Positions 1-9,364 of a stretch of DNA of 36,139 nt are shown piece after piece. The DNA is from a virus (lineage: Duplodnaviria; Caudoviricetes). The stretch lies in IMG/VR virus record IMGVR_UViG_3300012347_000089, positions 1 to 36,139 of that record; one strand, 5' to 3'. Under the pieces are notes generated by a model. The model was not told where the DNA came from and made no database searches. It was given only the letters and a program-made list of their open reading frames with translations. A program made the translations under genes and the position numbers. Position 1 is the stretch's first letter, and the number at the start of each line of letters is the position of its first letter.

Positions 1-55
1 CATAAGCATCAGTTTCCTCAATTGCACGATTTAAAACGTCTGATTCATTTTCTAA
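1..55. repeat. Terminal 55-bp overlap identical to 36085-36139 (circular contig / assembler k-mer overlap)
   Basis: cataagcatc...ttttctaa is identical at both ends; it lies inside the tape-measure ORF, which reads through in frame. Confidence 0.95.
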
Positions 56-1435
56 GCCACGATTAAACGCTTCTTGGAAAGCAGTTTGCACTTCTAAGCT
101 ACGTGCTAGATCTAAATTAGCTTGTGCTAGTTTTCTGTTAGATGTAGTAATTTTATCGTTGTTATCTAGCTTATCTTGTAATACTTGTATGTTTGAGCGT
201 TCGCCATCTGTCAACTCACGGATGCTAGTTAATAACTCACGATTAGCTTTTTCAACTTCTTTAGCTGCTTCTGCTGCCTGTTTAGCTTTACGTGCTGCTT
301 CCTCTTGTTGCTTATGTAGTTTTTCAGTATCAACAACAGCGACAGTTGCACTAAAATTAGGCATAGGGGCTGATTGTGGCGTTACTGATCTCATGCCACC
401 AATACGATTACCGAATGATGTGCCGATTTTTTCCTCAAGCGCAGCCACTCGTTTTAGTCTTTCTTCCTCTCTTACGCCTAACGCACCTTTTTTGCGTAAA
501 TATTCTAGATTCTTTTCATCTAATGCTGCTTGTTGCTCTGCATTACGGATAGGCTCTTTATGAACTAATTCTCTGGCTTTAGCCATTGCAGAAGTTAAGC
601 CATTTAAAGATGAAGTAAGCAAATCTGTAAGCATACTTTGCTCACCAAAACCAGCAATAACTAACTTAATCTGTTCCCAAAAGTTTGTCCATGATCCAGA
701 TATAGTGTTAATTTTCCCTGCTTGATCTCTAAGTTTGTTATTTAATGCTTCATCACCAAAGGCTTTAAGCAATTGATCTGCTGTAATCTTACCTTCGGCA
801 GCTAAAGCACGTAATTCACCTACAGGAACTTTCATAGATGCTGCCAATGCCCTCATCAAGTTAGGTGCATTTTCAGCCATAGAGTTAAACTCATCGCCGC
901 GTAATGTGCCAGAAGCAAAGGCTTGAGATAATTGAAGCATTGCGGATGCAGTTTCGCCAGCACCAGCCCCAGATGCTTTTAATGCCAATGCAACGTTTTC
1001 TGTAATTAATCCGATTTGCCTTTGGTTAGATCCGCTATCTTTTAACGCATTACTGAAACGTGCGTAAACCATTGCAACAGAAGCAATGCTAGTCTGTGCA
1101 ATTTTGGCAATATCTTGAGATTTAGTTAAGGCTAGATTAAATTCATCCGTTGAGGATGTAGCCATTTTAAGTTGAGCGATGTATTTAGTTTGCTCATCAG
1201 CAATGCCAGCAAAGGCTTTAATGCCTTCGATAGATAGGTATGCTTTTGCTAGTGTGCTAACTGATCCAGCAAGATTAACAGATTGCTTACTTGCTTTTTC
1301 TGCTTCTGATCCCATTCCACCTAATGATGATCCAGCTTTCTTAGCGGATGTGCCTAGTGTGTCTAAATCTTTTGAAGCGGTTTTAACATCGGCTGTATCT
1401 ACCTTAAAACCTAAATTTAAAATATCTACTGCCAT
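1..1435 (-). CDS. Tail tape measure protein, N-terminal part (continues across the origin to 35282; ~745 aa in total)
   Basis: ATG at 1435, MAVDILNLGFKVDT...; tape-measure motif MLQLSQAFASGTLRGDEFNSMAENAPNL; lies between the tail chaperones and tail tip M; frame joins ORF 35282..35944. Confidence 0.92.
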   Translation of the reverse strand, partial: MAVDILNLGFKVDTADVKTASKDLDTLGTSAKKAGSSLGGMGSEAEKASKQSVNLAGSVSTLAKAYLSIEGIKAFAGIADEQTKYIAQLKMATSSTDEFNLALTKSQDIAKIAQTSIASVAMVYARFSNALKDSGSNQRQIGLITENVALALKASGAGAGETASAMLQLSQAFASGTLRGDEFNSMAENAPNLMRALAASMKVPVGELRALAAEGKITADQLLKAFGDEALNNKLRDQAGKINTISGSWTNFWEQIKLVIAGFGEQSMLTDLLTSSLNGLTSAMAKARELVHKEPIRNAEQQAALDEKNLEYLRKKGALGVREEERLKRVAALEEKIGTSFGNRIGGMRSVTPQSAPMPNFSATVAVVDTEKLHKQQEEAARKAKQAAEAAKEVEKANRELLTSIRELTDGERSNIQVLQDKLDNNDKITTSNRKLAQANLDLARSLEVQTAFQEAFNRGLENESDVLNRAIEETDAY

Positions 1436-1436
1436 G

Positions 1437-1781
1437 TTATTTATCCTTTTGCAATTCTTTCATAGCTACTCTGTCAAGTTCACAGATTAAATCTACTTCC
1501 CATTCAAGCATTATAACTTTATATAGCTGACAAAAGGCTAGAATCTCTTGAAAGCTAATAGGATTTATTACCATTCCGATAGATCTAGAATTGTGTAGTT
1601 TAATAAACCACACCCACAAATAGGCTAATGATTGTGGCATATCTGGAATCCCCCACATATCGCGAGGAACTCCAGCAGATTCATAATGCTCACGGATAGA
1701 ATGTTTTCCATCCGTACTAAGTTTACTTAATGCAAATTCTGCCTTGCAATACTCTAGCAGTTCGTTTACAAGGCTTTCGTG
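1437..1781 (-). CDS. Tail assembly chaperone, gpT-like C-terminal part reached by -1 frameshift
   Basis: The -1 frame is open from the slippery site (HESLVNELLEYCKAEF...) into track ORF 1437..1658; sits just before the tape measure gene. Confidence 0.8.
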   Translation of the reverse strand, partial: HESLVNELLEYCKAEFALSKLSTDGKHSIREHYESAGVPRDMWGIPDMPQSLAYLWVWFIKLHNSRSIGMVINPISFQEILAFCQLYKVIMLEWEVDLICELDRVAMKELQKDK

Positions 1782-2170
1782 AAATTTGCTGCGTTATCAC
1801 TTTCCTCAATGATTGCATCTACCCAGTGTGGATTGTTTTCTAAAACTTGTTTTAATAATTCTGGTGTGAACTTTTGCTCTACGTTTTTCCATCCAGTAAC
1901 ACGAATAACAGCACCTTCGATATTCTGTGCGCGTAATTCATCAATAGATTTAGGCGGTAAATCTCTGCCTTTGCGTTTAGCTAAATCTTGCTCACGTTGA
2001 TATTCTGTAAATATCTTTTTTGACCACTTTTGTACTGGTTCTGAATATCTACCAATCACGGTAAAAATAACGCCAGTATTGCTACCGTCTGTAGCTTTCA
2101 TCTCAACGTCAAAACCTGCCTCTGATTCTTTAATCGCATCAAACGCAGTAATATCTACTAATTTACTCAT
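1766..2170 (-). CDS. Tail assembly chaperone (gpG-like)
   Basis: 134 aa between tail tube and tape measure genes; slippery A AAT TTC near the 3' end. Confidence 0.85.
   Translation of the reverse strand: MSKLVDITAFDAIKESEAGFDVEMKATDGSNTGVIFTVIGRYSEPVQKWSKKIFTEYQREQDLAKRKGRDLPPKSIDELRAQNIEGAVIRVTGWKNVEQKFTPELLKQVLENNPHWVDAIIEESDNAANFTKAL
1781..1787 (-). promoter_or_regulatory. -1 ribosomal frameshift slippery heptamer A-AAT-TTC
   Basis: X XXY YYZ in the correct phase, three sense codons before the gpG-like stop; -1 frame open to 1437. Confidence 0.8.
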
Positions 2171-2202
2171 GTTATGCCCTTTGTAAAAATGCCCATTTAA
2201 GA

Positions 2203-2254
2203 AGCTATGACAGAGTAGAGGGCGGCTACCTTTTCGCTTGCGCTAGTCATAGCT
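2203..2254 (-). ncRNA. Three-way-junction RNA element (c4-antisense-like), copy A
   Basis: AGCUAUGAC-UA-GC(GCAA)GC-GAAAA-GGUAG(CCGCCCU)CUACU-CU-GUCAUAGCU; loop GCCCU is complementary to GGGC/AGGGC sites at 2191-2194 and 2176-2180. Confidence 0.65.
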
Positions 2255-2260
2255 AAACTG

Positions 2261-3451
2261 TTAAGCCAATGTAGTATCTTGTACTTGGATAGTTGTTTTT
2301 TGAACGCCTACGCCAGAACCAACATACTCTAAAGCTACGCCACTGAATGACAAGATAATGACGTTTTCACCATCGTTAGTGCTTGCGCTGCCAATCTTAA
2401 CGCGTGGCAAGTGGATAGAGAAAGCCTCTGTGTTATCAGCACTATTTAATACATAAGTAATACTGATTTCAGATTCATCATCAAAGTAATTTAGAACTGT
2501 CTTATCTTGGAAAATTGCAGATCCATCAATAGTAACAGCCACTTTACCGCGTGATTTAGCACCGATTGAGTTAGAACCGATTACTGGCGTTTGTTGAATG
2601 TTATTAGATAGAGTAATGTTCAAGCCAGTTACTACGCCGCTTGCTACGCCATTAATAAACAACTTGCCATCTGGTGCAGAGTAAATGCCTTCACCGCTAA
2701 TAGCTGTAGGTGATGTGAAATACGCTGTATCTGTAGCTGGTTCTGCATCTTTACCTAAGAATCCGAAATCGATAGTAGCCATCGCATTAGGCTGTAATGC
2801 AACAGTCATTGTATCAACTTGCTCACCTAAGAAAGTACGGCTAACGCCAGTATCTTGATAGTATTCCTCGAAAGTAAAGCTATCATCTGTGTGGTTAGTT
2901 AATGGTGTGTAAGTTTTCTTACCTTTTTCCAATACTGTTACTGTATCGCCAGCAGCTTCGATTGTACGTGTTTGACCTGCTAAAGCAGATACAGTTAAAG
3001 CTGTAGTTGTCATAGAAGTAATTACAAATAAACCGTTATTACCAGCATCAGTAAAGCCGCTTACGCTGATTACAGAGCCTACAGTGAAGCCATCAGCAAC
3101 GAATGAACCTGTAGAACGCGCAATTGTAGTTGCTGTAGATGATAATACGATCAATGCGCCAGTAGTTGCACCAGTATCAAAATCTTTACGTACAGCAGCT
3201 TGGATAAATTCCTCATAAGCATTACCAGATAACTCACCAGATAATGATCCAGTTGAGCGGCGTGTGCCATGACGCATATCGCGCATTTGTTGAGATGGTA
3301 AAATCTCGTTAGAGTTGTAAGTATCTTTTTCTAACTGGAATGATCCAGTTACACGGCGATAATAATTTGCACCAGAAGCAGATGCTTTAGTACCCCATGT
3401 AGATTCTTTCTTAGCAATTAATAGCTTATTAATACCTTGAGCAGATGCCAT
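2261..3451 (-). CDS. Major tail (tube) protein
   Basis: 396 aa Ser/Thr/Gly-rich beta protein after the tail terminator and before the chaperones; strong RBS (GAAAGGA). Confidence 0.85.
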   Translation of the reverse strand: MASAQGINKLLIAKKESTWGTKASASGANYYRRVTGSFQLEKDTYNSNEILPSQQMRDMRHGTRRSTGSLSGELSGNAYEEFIQAAVRKDFDTGATTGALIVLSSTATTIARSTGSFVADGFTVGSVISVSGFTDAGNNGLFVITSMTTTALTVSALAGQTRTIEAAGDTVTVLEKGKKTYTPLTNHTDDSFTFEEYYQDTGVSRTFLGEQVDTMTVALQPNAMATIDFGFLGKDAEPATDTAYFTSPTAISGEGIYSAPDGKLFINGVASGVVTGLNITLSNNIQQTPVIGSNSIGAKSRGKVAVTIDGSAIFQDKTVLNYFDDESEISITYVLNSADNTEAFSIHLPRVKIGSASTNDGENVIILSFSGVALEYVGSGVGVQKTTIQVQDTTLA

Positions 3452-3470
3452 TTTAGTTTCCTTTCATGTT

Positions 3471-3507
3471 AAGCCCGTAAAGGGCGGTAAATTGCCTTTT
3501 ACGGCTT
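3471..3507 (-). promoter_or_regulatory. Stem-loop in the 5' leader of the major tail gene
   Basis: AAGCCGUAAAAGGC...GCCCUUUACGGGCUU imperfect inverted repeat just upstream of the RBS. Confidence 0.5.
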
Positions 3508-3508
3508 A

Positions 3509-3916
3509 TTACGATTGTACTTCTGCGTAATAACTTATTGTAATTGGAACGACATACCTATCATCCAATTGTACAGCACTTGCGATAGAAGGTGTGCGAT
3601 CAACTACAACAGTTAATCCATCCTCTACCATAGCCAAACCGCGTTTAAAAAGAGCCTTAATGGCTTCTGCTTTTACTTGTGCAGCGTTTCGACCAATATC
3701 TAACGGATAAAACAAAATCACTTCAAACAATCCAACTTCACGATAGTAGCTATCACCGATAGTAGGATTGTCTGGCTGTGCAGGTAGTATTCTTACACGT
3801 TGGTAAGCCGTACCAGTAACAGGCGTAAATTGTACGTTCTCATAAGCAGTAGGAAAGTTAGTTTCCAAAGTATTTAACTTTTTCTCGAACGCTGCGCTAA
3901 TTTTAACAATACTCAT
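3509..3916 (-). CDS. Tail terminator-like protein
   Basis: 135 aa; AYENVQFTP and GLFEVILFYP patterns; synteny before the tail tube gene. Confidence 0.75.
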   Translation of the reverse strand: MSIVKISAAFEKKLNTLETNFPTAYENVQFTPVTGTAYQRVRILPAQPDNPTIGDSYYREVGLFEVILFYPLDIGRNAAQVKAEAIKALFKRGLAMVEDGLTVVVDRTPSIASAVQLDDRYVVPITISYYAEVQS

Positions 3917-4359
3917 TTAATCGCCTTTTTACCTATGCTATCAAAAGCACCTTGCACTTCTTTAAATGTAATACGGATAAATCCATGTGGTGCTTGCATC
4001 GAATAGCCGTTAATCGTTTTAGCACCGTTTCCATATAATCCGAACTCTAGCTTTTGCACATACGGCAAGTTATTAGTAATCCAGATAGTATCACCTAATT
4101 TAAACTTAGATAACGATGCAATAGCCCTAGAATTGCTGCTGCTGCCACCTTTATCGGCAGGATGATTAGCAGTATCAATAGAGTTAATGCCAACGTTCCA
4201 ATTACCGCGCAATCTGCCTGTATCTACAGGGCTTTTTAATACTACGCGTGTTTCAAGTTCTAATGCGATTGCTCTGGCTACTTGTGATGCGTTATCTTTT
4301 GCTTTGTCCAGTATTTTTGACAAATCAAAGTTAAGAGTTGCAACATCCGCCGTAATCAT
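3913..4359 (-). CDS. HK97 gp10-like tail completion/neck protein
   Basis: SPVDTGRLRGNW, NNLPYVQKLEFG and SMQAPHG motifs. Confidence 0.85.
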   Translation of the reverse strand: MITADVATLNFDLSKILDKAKDNASQVARAIALELETRVVLKSPVDTGRLRGNWNVGINSIDTANHPADKGGSSSNSRAIASLSKFKLGDTIWITNNLPYVQKLEFGLYGNGAKTINGYSMQAPHGFIRITFKEVQGAFDSIGKKAIK

Positions 4360-4709
4360 TTTCTTACTTGTAATTCATAAAGCACATTGATTGCAGCAGG
4401 TTCTAATGCCTTCACAGCTACAATATTGTAGATAGCATTGTTGATAGTAATCTTATCAGTGGCTTTAGGTTCGATGCTGATCTGAATAAATACTTGTTGA
4501 TCGCCTTGTTGAATCACGCTATCAGCAACAGATGAACTGCCATCGCCATAAGGCAAGATAACACCATAATCAGTATATGTTTGAGTTGAATTGGTAACTG
4601 CGCCAGTAGTAGGATCGTACACGCCAGATACATTGCGCGTAATAGTCATTAATTGACCGAATCCCTTTAATAAACGTCTGGCTGTAGCCTTTAGTGGATT
4701 GTAATCCAT
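4356..4709 (-). CDS. Head closure / head-tail joining protein
   Basis: 117 aa, YDPTTG motif and terminal YELQVRK; synteny. Confidence 0.7.
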   Translation of the reverse strand: MDYNPLKATARRLLKGFGQLMTITRNVSGVYDPTTGAVTNSTQTYTDYGVILPYGDGSSSVADSVIQQGDQQVFIQISIEPKATDKITINNAIYNIVAVKALEPAAINVLYELQVRK

Positions 4710-5230
4710 TATGTACGCACCACTTGGCGTGATACCCCAGATGTGCTGCTTAAAAACACAGCGATCATATTATCAATCGCACGGTATTTAGTGTAAGGCA
4801 CTTGTGTATTATCGTATTCAACTTCTAAAACGCCGACTTTCTCGCGTTTAGTTACACGGGTAATATCTGGTGCTAATTCTGTAGTGCTTGCTTTGTATGC
4901 TAATTCAGCACAAGCATTTTTAATCTCTCTTGGCACTTCATCATTAGGATAAAAGCTAAATTGATTAAGAAAGGTAAAATCTGCTCTTGGCACTTCATCA
5001 CGCGGAAAGCTAAGTGCTTGATCCTCTTTGTGACGATAACCTAAGAAGCGTAGGCGATATACTTGCTCAATGTAATCAGTAGCCTTGCGTAACGCTATCT
5101 CTTTATTAGATTGTGTTAGTGCAGCCCATGACGTATAGCCGCGATTGCTACAATAAGTATCAGTATCAGCAACGCTGATATAACTTTCAGCATTAACTAA
5201 TCCTGTGCCATCCTCAACTATTAGAGCCAT
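4709..5230 (-). CDS. Head-tail adaptor protein
   Basis: MALIVEDGTG..AESYISVAD..QALSFPR..REKVGVLEVEY; directly after the coat gene. Confidence 0.8.
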   Translation of the reverse strand: MALIVEDGTGLVNAESYISVADTDTYCSNRGYTSWAALTQSNKEIALRKATDYIEQVYRLRFLGYRHKEDQALSFPRDEVPRADFTFLNQFSFYPNDEVPREIKNACAELAYKASTTELAPDITRVTKREKVGVLEVEYDNTQVPYTKYRAIDNMIAVFLSSTSGVSRQVVRT

Positions 5231-5263
5231 ATATTTATCCTTTGTATTTCAGTACCACCAGCA

Positions 5264-5286
5264 GAAAGCCCTACTAGAAGGCTTTC
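5264..5286 (-). terminator. Hairpin after the coat gene (weak terminator or mRNA stabiliser)
   Basis: GAAAGCCUUCUAGUAGGGCUUUC; poor U-tract. Confidence 0.45.
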
Positions 5287-5308
5287 CACTTGTGTCACTA
5301 GCTTATGA

Positions 5309-6451
5309 CTAGCCTAACAATACAGCAGCGAACTCTGGTTTCCAAAGTTTAGTACCCCATGCTACAGATACGTTAAACATTGCTTTTTGGAAGCCTTTGT
5401 ATGCGCGAACTTCAAATACCAAGCCGCTATATGGATCTTGGATTGTCATTGCATCAACAGCAGCATCACCACCGTTAGGCATTGCAGGTGCGCGTACAGC
5501 TAATTCCAACGCATTGCGATGGAATACAACGTTACGAGTAGATGCGCCTACTACAGTGATAGCAGCATTATCAGCAACAGCTTTACGCAAGCCAGTAGCA
5601 GCCAATGTAACAACGTTTGCAGCAAGAGCAGAAGCTACTACGTACTTGTTAGTATCGCCAGCGAAAGTGATAATATCACCAGCCAAGATAGTACCAGTAC
5701 CGCCATCTACAGTAATTGCAGTAGCACCAATGCCATAACCGCCAGAGTTGTTTACTAGGTAAGATGCACCTGTACCAACAGCAGGAGTTTGAATACCAGC
5801 AGATTCTTTCAACATAATGCCTTGCAAATCAAGCAATACGCCGTTACGTAGCAACTCTGTAGAGCCGTTTTCGTTAGCTTTTTGCAATTGAGCAAGGTTA
5901 CGTAATTTAGCACCAGCAGCAGTATCTAACACCATTGAAACATCATTCATAGGTGCGCCGTTATCTACTAAGATTTTACGGAGTTCTGCGATTTCAGCAA
6001 AAGATGAACCGAATGGAGTTGTACCAGCAGTACCGTAAGCACGTGAAGCACCTAAGTATGCAGAAGTAGCTAAATCCACTTCAATTTCGTTAGTTAAAGT
6101 ACGCATAGCTTGGCGGATTTGATCACCGTAAATAGTTTCAAAACCAGCACCGTTATTAACGTGGCGAATATCCTCACCAGTCCACGGAATTTGTACGCCG
6201 CGTGATTTAGTGATTGATAGTGTTTTGCTATCTACTGTTTGATCATTACCTTCTGGGATAGTCATAGAAGGTGCATTATCTACAGCAGTAGCAGCACGTG
6301 TGAAGTGTGAACGAACTACGTCATTTAACGCAACACGCTCAGAAGCATCACCGTTAATAGTTGAAGCTGAAATAACACCAGTAAGTTCACGACCTACTAC
6401 GTCGGCTGCTTTATATAGATCAGCAGCTAAATCGGTTAATACGTTAGCCAT
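5309..6451 (-). CDS. Major capsid protein (P22 gp5-like coat)
   Basis: 380 aa after the scaffold gene; NVVFHRNALELAVR and WGTKLWKPEFA endings typical of P22-like coats; strong RBS. Confidence 0.9.
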   Translation of the reverse strand: MANVLTDLAADLYKAADVVGRELTGVISASTINGDASERVALNDVVRSHFTRAATAVDNAPSMTIPEGNDQTVDSKTLSITKSRGVQIPWTGEDIRHVNNGAGFETIYGDQIRQAMRTLTNEIEVDLATSAYLGASRAYGTAGTTPFGSSFAEIAELRKILVDNGAPMNDVSMVLDTAAGAKLRNLAQLQKANENGSTELLRNGVLLDLQGIMLKESAGIQTPAVGTGASYLVNNSGGYGIGATAITVDGGTGTILAGDIITFAGDTNKYVVASALAANVVTLAATGLRKAVADNAAITVVGASTRNVVFHRNALELAVRAPAMPNGGDAAVDAMTIQDPYSGLVFEVRAYKGFQKAMFNVSVAWGTKLWKPEFAAVLLG

Positions 6452-6468
6452 TTTATTTTCCTTTAAAG

Positions 6469-7089
6469 TTAATCAACTACTTTAAAGCCTTCTTTTGCTA
6501 GATTTGCACGTTCAACGTGTGATTTAGCTTCAAAATCGGCTCTAGTAATAGTTTTGTTTTGAGAATTACTATTCCCACCTTGTGCGCCGCCGCCAGAATT
6601 ATTATCAGCAGCTACAAAATGCTTTCCAGCATCACTTGTAGCCCACTCTTTAATAAACTCGCCTAACGCTTTATCACCAATCACGGCTTGATACTGTCCA
6701 TTCTCGGCTTTAATTGTGGCTTGCATTTTCAGCAATGCCTTAGCAGCATCCATGAGTTCTGGTTTAACTTTAGATTTAGCCAGTGAATCTGTAAGATTAG
6801 CTTCAAGTAAGTATGTAGTGAGCGCATTATCTTTTTCTTTTGTGAGATTAGATAAACGTTCGATCTCTTTCTTACTATGCTTGCCTTCATTCTCTAACTT
6901 ACTAGATAGATCTGCGACTTGTTGCTGCAAATTAGCGTACTCATCTGGATCAATTTCAGCACCTTTAGCTTTAGCTTTCGCTTTAAATAAATCTGCCTTT
7001 AATCCTTTATTACTTTCCTCTAGTGCATCAAACTTGCCTAACAGTTCATCTAGTTTATCTTGCGTTAATTCCTCTAACTTGATACTCAT
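6469..7089 (-). CDS. Capsid scaffolding protein
   Basis: Charged coiled-coil protein with SGGGAQG linker and short C-terminal helix, directly before the coat gene. Confidence 0.85.
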   Translation of the reverse strand: MSIKLEELTQDKLDELLGKFDALEESNKGLKADLFKAKAKAKGAEIDPDEYANLQQQVADLSSKLENEGKHSKKEIERLSNLTKEKDNALTTYLLEANLTDSLAKSKVKPELMDAAKALLKMQATIKAENGQYQAVIGDKALGEFIKEWATSDAGKHFVAADNNSGGGAQGGNSNSQNKTITRADFEAKSHVERANLAKEGFKVVD

Positions 7090-7101
7090 TTTATACCCCT
7101 T

Positions 7102-7187
7102 CCAGCACTGCTGGTAATTTGAGCCACAGGCTCACTTCCGCGTAGCACAGCTACAAAACAAAACTCACAAGCACTGCTCATAAGTTT
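7102..7187 (-). promoter_or_regulatory. Four tandem C-(A/U)GU-G triloop hairpins in the scaffold 5' UTR
   Basis: 7161-7187, 7142-7154, 7120-7134 and 7102-7114; different stems, same loop; the last abuts the RBS AAGGGG. Confidence 0.65.
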
Positions 7188-7190
7188 CAA

Positions 7191-7400
7191 CTACAGCAAA
7201 ACGCTAGTATCGGTAGATTCTTTTTCGTAAAGTTCTACGCCAGTTTTTACAGCGTTTAAAATCATATCTATATCTGGATCTGGCAAACATTCAAAGTTAG
7301 GCTCATATCCAAACATATCAAAATATTGTTTTACAGCATTATTATATGCTATTTGTGCTTCCGTTGTATCTGTCTTGATACCTAAATTTATATTATTCAC
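7191..7400 (-). CDS. Small acidic hypothetical protein (possible MuF partner/immunity)
   Basis: 69 aa overlapping the MuF stop codon. Confidence 0.55.
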   Translation of the reverse strand: MNNINLGIKTDTTEAQIAYNNAVKQYFDMFGYEPNFECLPDPDIDMILNAVKTGVELYEKESTDTSVLL

Positions 7401-9363
7401 TTAGTATGCTCTTATAAAGTTTGCCCGTATCTGGGTAGAATGTATCTACTACTGTATGCCAGAATGTATTATCAGATCCGTATAGTGCAGTAAGATTCGC
7501 AAACACTTCCGTATTAGCGTTCTCTGGTGCTGATCTATAGTAAGAGTTCTTATGCCCACCATTACCGTAAGATCCGAATCCTAATAATTTATTCCGTGAA
7601 GCAGATCCAACTAAATCAGAAAACTTACCTACATTACCTTTTCTAAATATCTGGTGATTTGTCCACCCATCGCCATTGATTGCCACCATAAACTTAGCAG
7701 CATCTTTAGTTTTAAGCGCATCAAGCAATAATGCTTTTCTATATTTAGTATCTAACTCTGTAGCGATGTAAGTGGTTTCATCATTAAAGAACTTATCCAC
7801 AGAATTAAGATCAATGCCAATATCTTTAGCTTTGCTTGCTACTAGCTTATCTGCCTCAATTGCATCTAACTTAATAAACTGCTCTCTAAAATCATCCATG
7901 CTTTGCTTACGTGCTGCGTTAAACGCTGTCTGTTTAGCACTCTTTCTAGCAAATCCAGCATTGGATAAAACAATTTCAGTTTCAGCCTTTAATACATCGT
8001 CAAAATCTTTAGCACTACTTCTAAATCCAAAAGGCGTGTTACTTAGAATATTATCTAAGAAGTGACCATATTCATGCCGCCACGTTCCCTGTGTTTTTAG
8101 ATCAATTGTATCTGGGTTCTTAATGAACTTATTGCGAGCATTGTAATGTGCGCCGCCGCTACTGATCTGCACTTCTTTAAGCTGATCATCATATTTAATA
8201 ATAGCATTTTTAATATAGTTCGGCGATGCACCGAAACTATCATCATGCAACTTAGCCCATTTAGTATTAGGATTCCACGTTTTAGTAGGTGCTGCCACTG
8301 CTGGTGTTGATTCAGCTAATAGCTTGCCATTCCTCTGCTCTAATTCTTTTAGCGTGTAAACGTGACCAGATGGCGATACAAATTTGTCTAATGTTAGCTT
8401 ACCTTTGTTAAACAGTAGGGCTTTCTCTTTACCGAGAACCGTAATCTGTCTTTCTAGGCTCTGCTTAGATAGCCACTCTTGATAATTCATCTTAGCTGGA
8501 ACTTGACCATCTAAACTAGCACGGGTGCTTTCTGGCAGTTCAACATCTAGCCCCATCTCTTTAAATGATTTAAGCACAGGCACGTAACGACTTCTGCATC
8601 TAAAATGCGCTGGAATCGCTGGTTTTTTATCGCCAATTTTATAAAAGTTACCATCACGACTAGCGCAAAGTTCTGTAGTGCGTGTATCTAGCGTTGCTGT
8701 ATATCGGTAGCCCTTAATAATATCGCTATTGGCTTCATATACTTTTTGCTGCGCCATGTTTGCTGTATGTGCCACAGCAGTAATCACGACAGATTCAGCA
8801 TTAGATCGTGTGATGTTTAAAATACCGTCATTGTATTTAAGTGCAGCAGTACCGCGTATCTTTTTGATTATCTCGTTAGTTGTCTGGCTTTCGATTACGC
8901 CCATACGCACAGCATCACGGATTAACGTGGCTTTACCTTCCTCTAGTCCAGTTAGGAACTCTTTCAGCAGCTTGCCTTGAAACGGCGTATCCATTGCTGC
9001 TGCGTAAACGGTTTCTGGTGCGATTGGTAATACTGGTGCAGGTTGAACGCTCTTAATTAGCTTCTGCTGATAATCTACCTCGCTTGCGGAAAAGCCTTTT
9101 AACTCTTGATCTAAAGTTTTTGATACTTCCGCATAGGCTTGAGAATTAATCTTTCTCACAGATTGCAGCAATTGATCTATCCGTGAGATTTTGAACGCGT
9201 TAGGATTGATACGATCAAGTTCTCTGGATAGTTGAGAAAATAGATTTACATCCGACTTATTAAGTATAGCGATAATCTTTTTTGTTACGTCATTGCTATA
9301 ACCTAATGTATCGATGGCGTGTGCCACCTCTTTATTTAGAAGTTTATCGTTAGCCGTAGGCAT
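7393..9363 (-). CDS. Minor head protein (SPP1 gp7/MuF family) with C-terminal zinc-metallopeptidase-like extension
   Basis: MuF motifs ATLDTRTTELC and IPAHFRCRS; ~310-aa extension with HEYGHFLD (8062-8076) and distal NTEVFAN. Confidence 0.85.
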   Translation of the reverse strand: MPTANDKLLNKEVAHAIDTLGYSNDVTKKIIAILNKSDVNLFSQLSRELDRINPNAFKISRIDQLLQSVRKINSQAYAEVSKTLDQELKGFSASEVDYQQKLIKSVQPAPVLPIAPETVYAAAMDTPFQGKLLKEFLTGLEEGKATLIRDAVRMGVIESQTTNEIIKKIRGTAALKYNDGILNITRSNAESVVITAVAHTANMAQQKVYEANSDIIKGYRYTATLDTRTTELCASRDGNFYKIGDKKPAIPAHFRCRSRYVPVLKSFKEMGLDVELPESTRASLDGQVPAKMNYQEWLSKQSLERQITVLGKEKALLFNKGKLTLDKFVSPSGHVYTLKELEQRNGKLLAESTPAVAAPTKTWNPNTKWAKLHDDSFGASPNYIKNAIIKYDDQLKEVQISSGGAHYNARNKFIKNPDTIDLKTQGTWRHEYGHFLDNILSNTPFGFRSSAKDFDDVLKAETEIVLSNAGFARKSAKQTAFNAARKQSMDDFREQFIKLDAIEADKLVASKAKDIGIDLNSVDKFFNDETTYIATELDTKYRKALLLDALKTKDAAKFMVAINGDGWTNHQIFRKGNVGKFSDLVGSASRNKLLGFGSYGNGGHKNSYYRSAPENANTEVFANLTALYGSDNTFWHTVVDTFYPDTGKLYKSILSE

Positions 9364-9364
9364 T

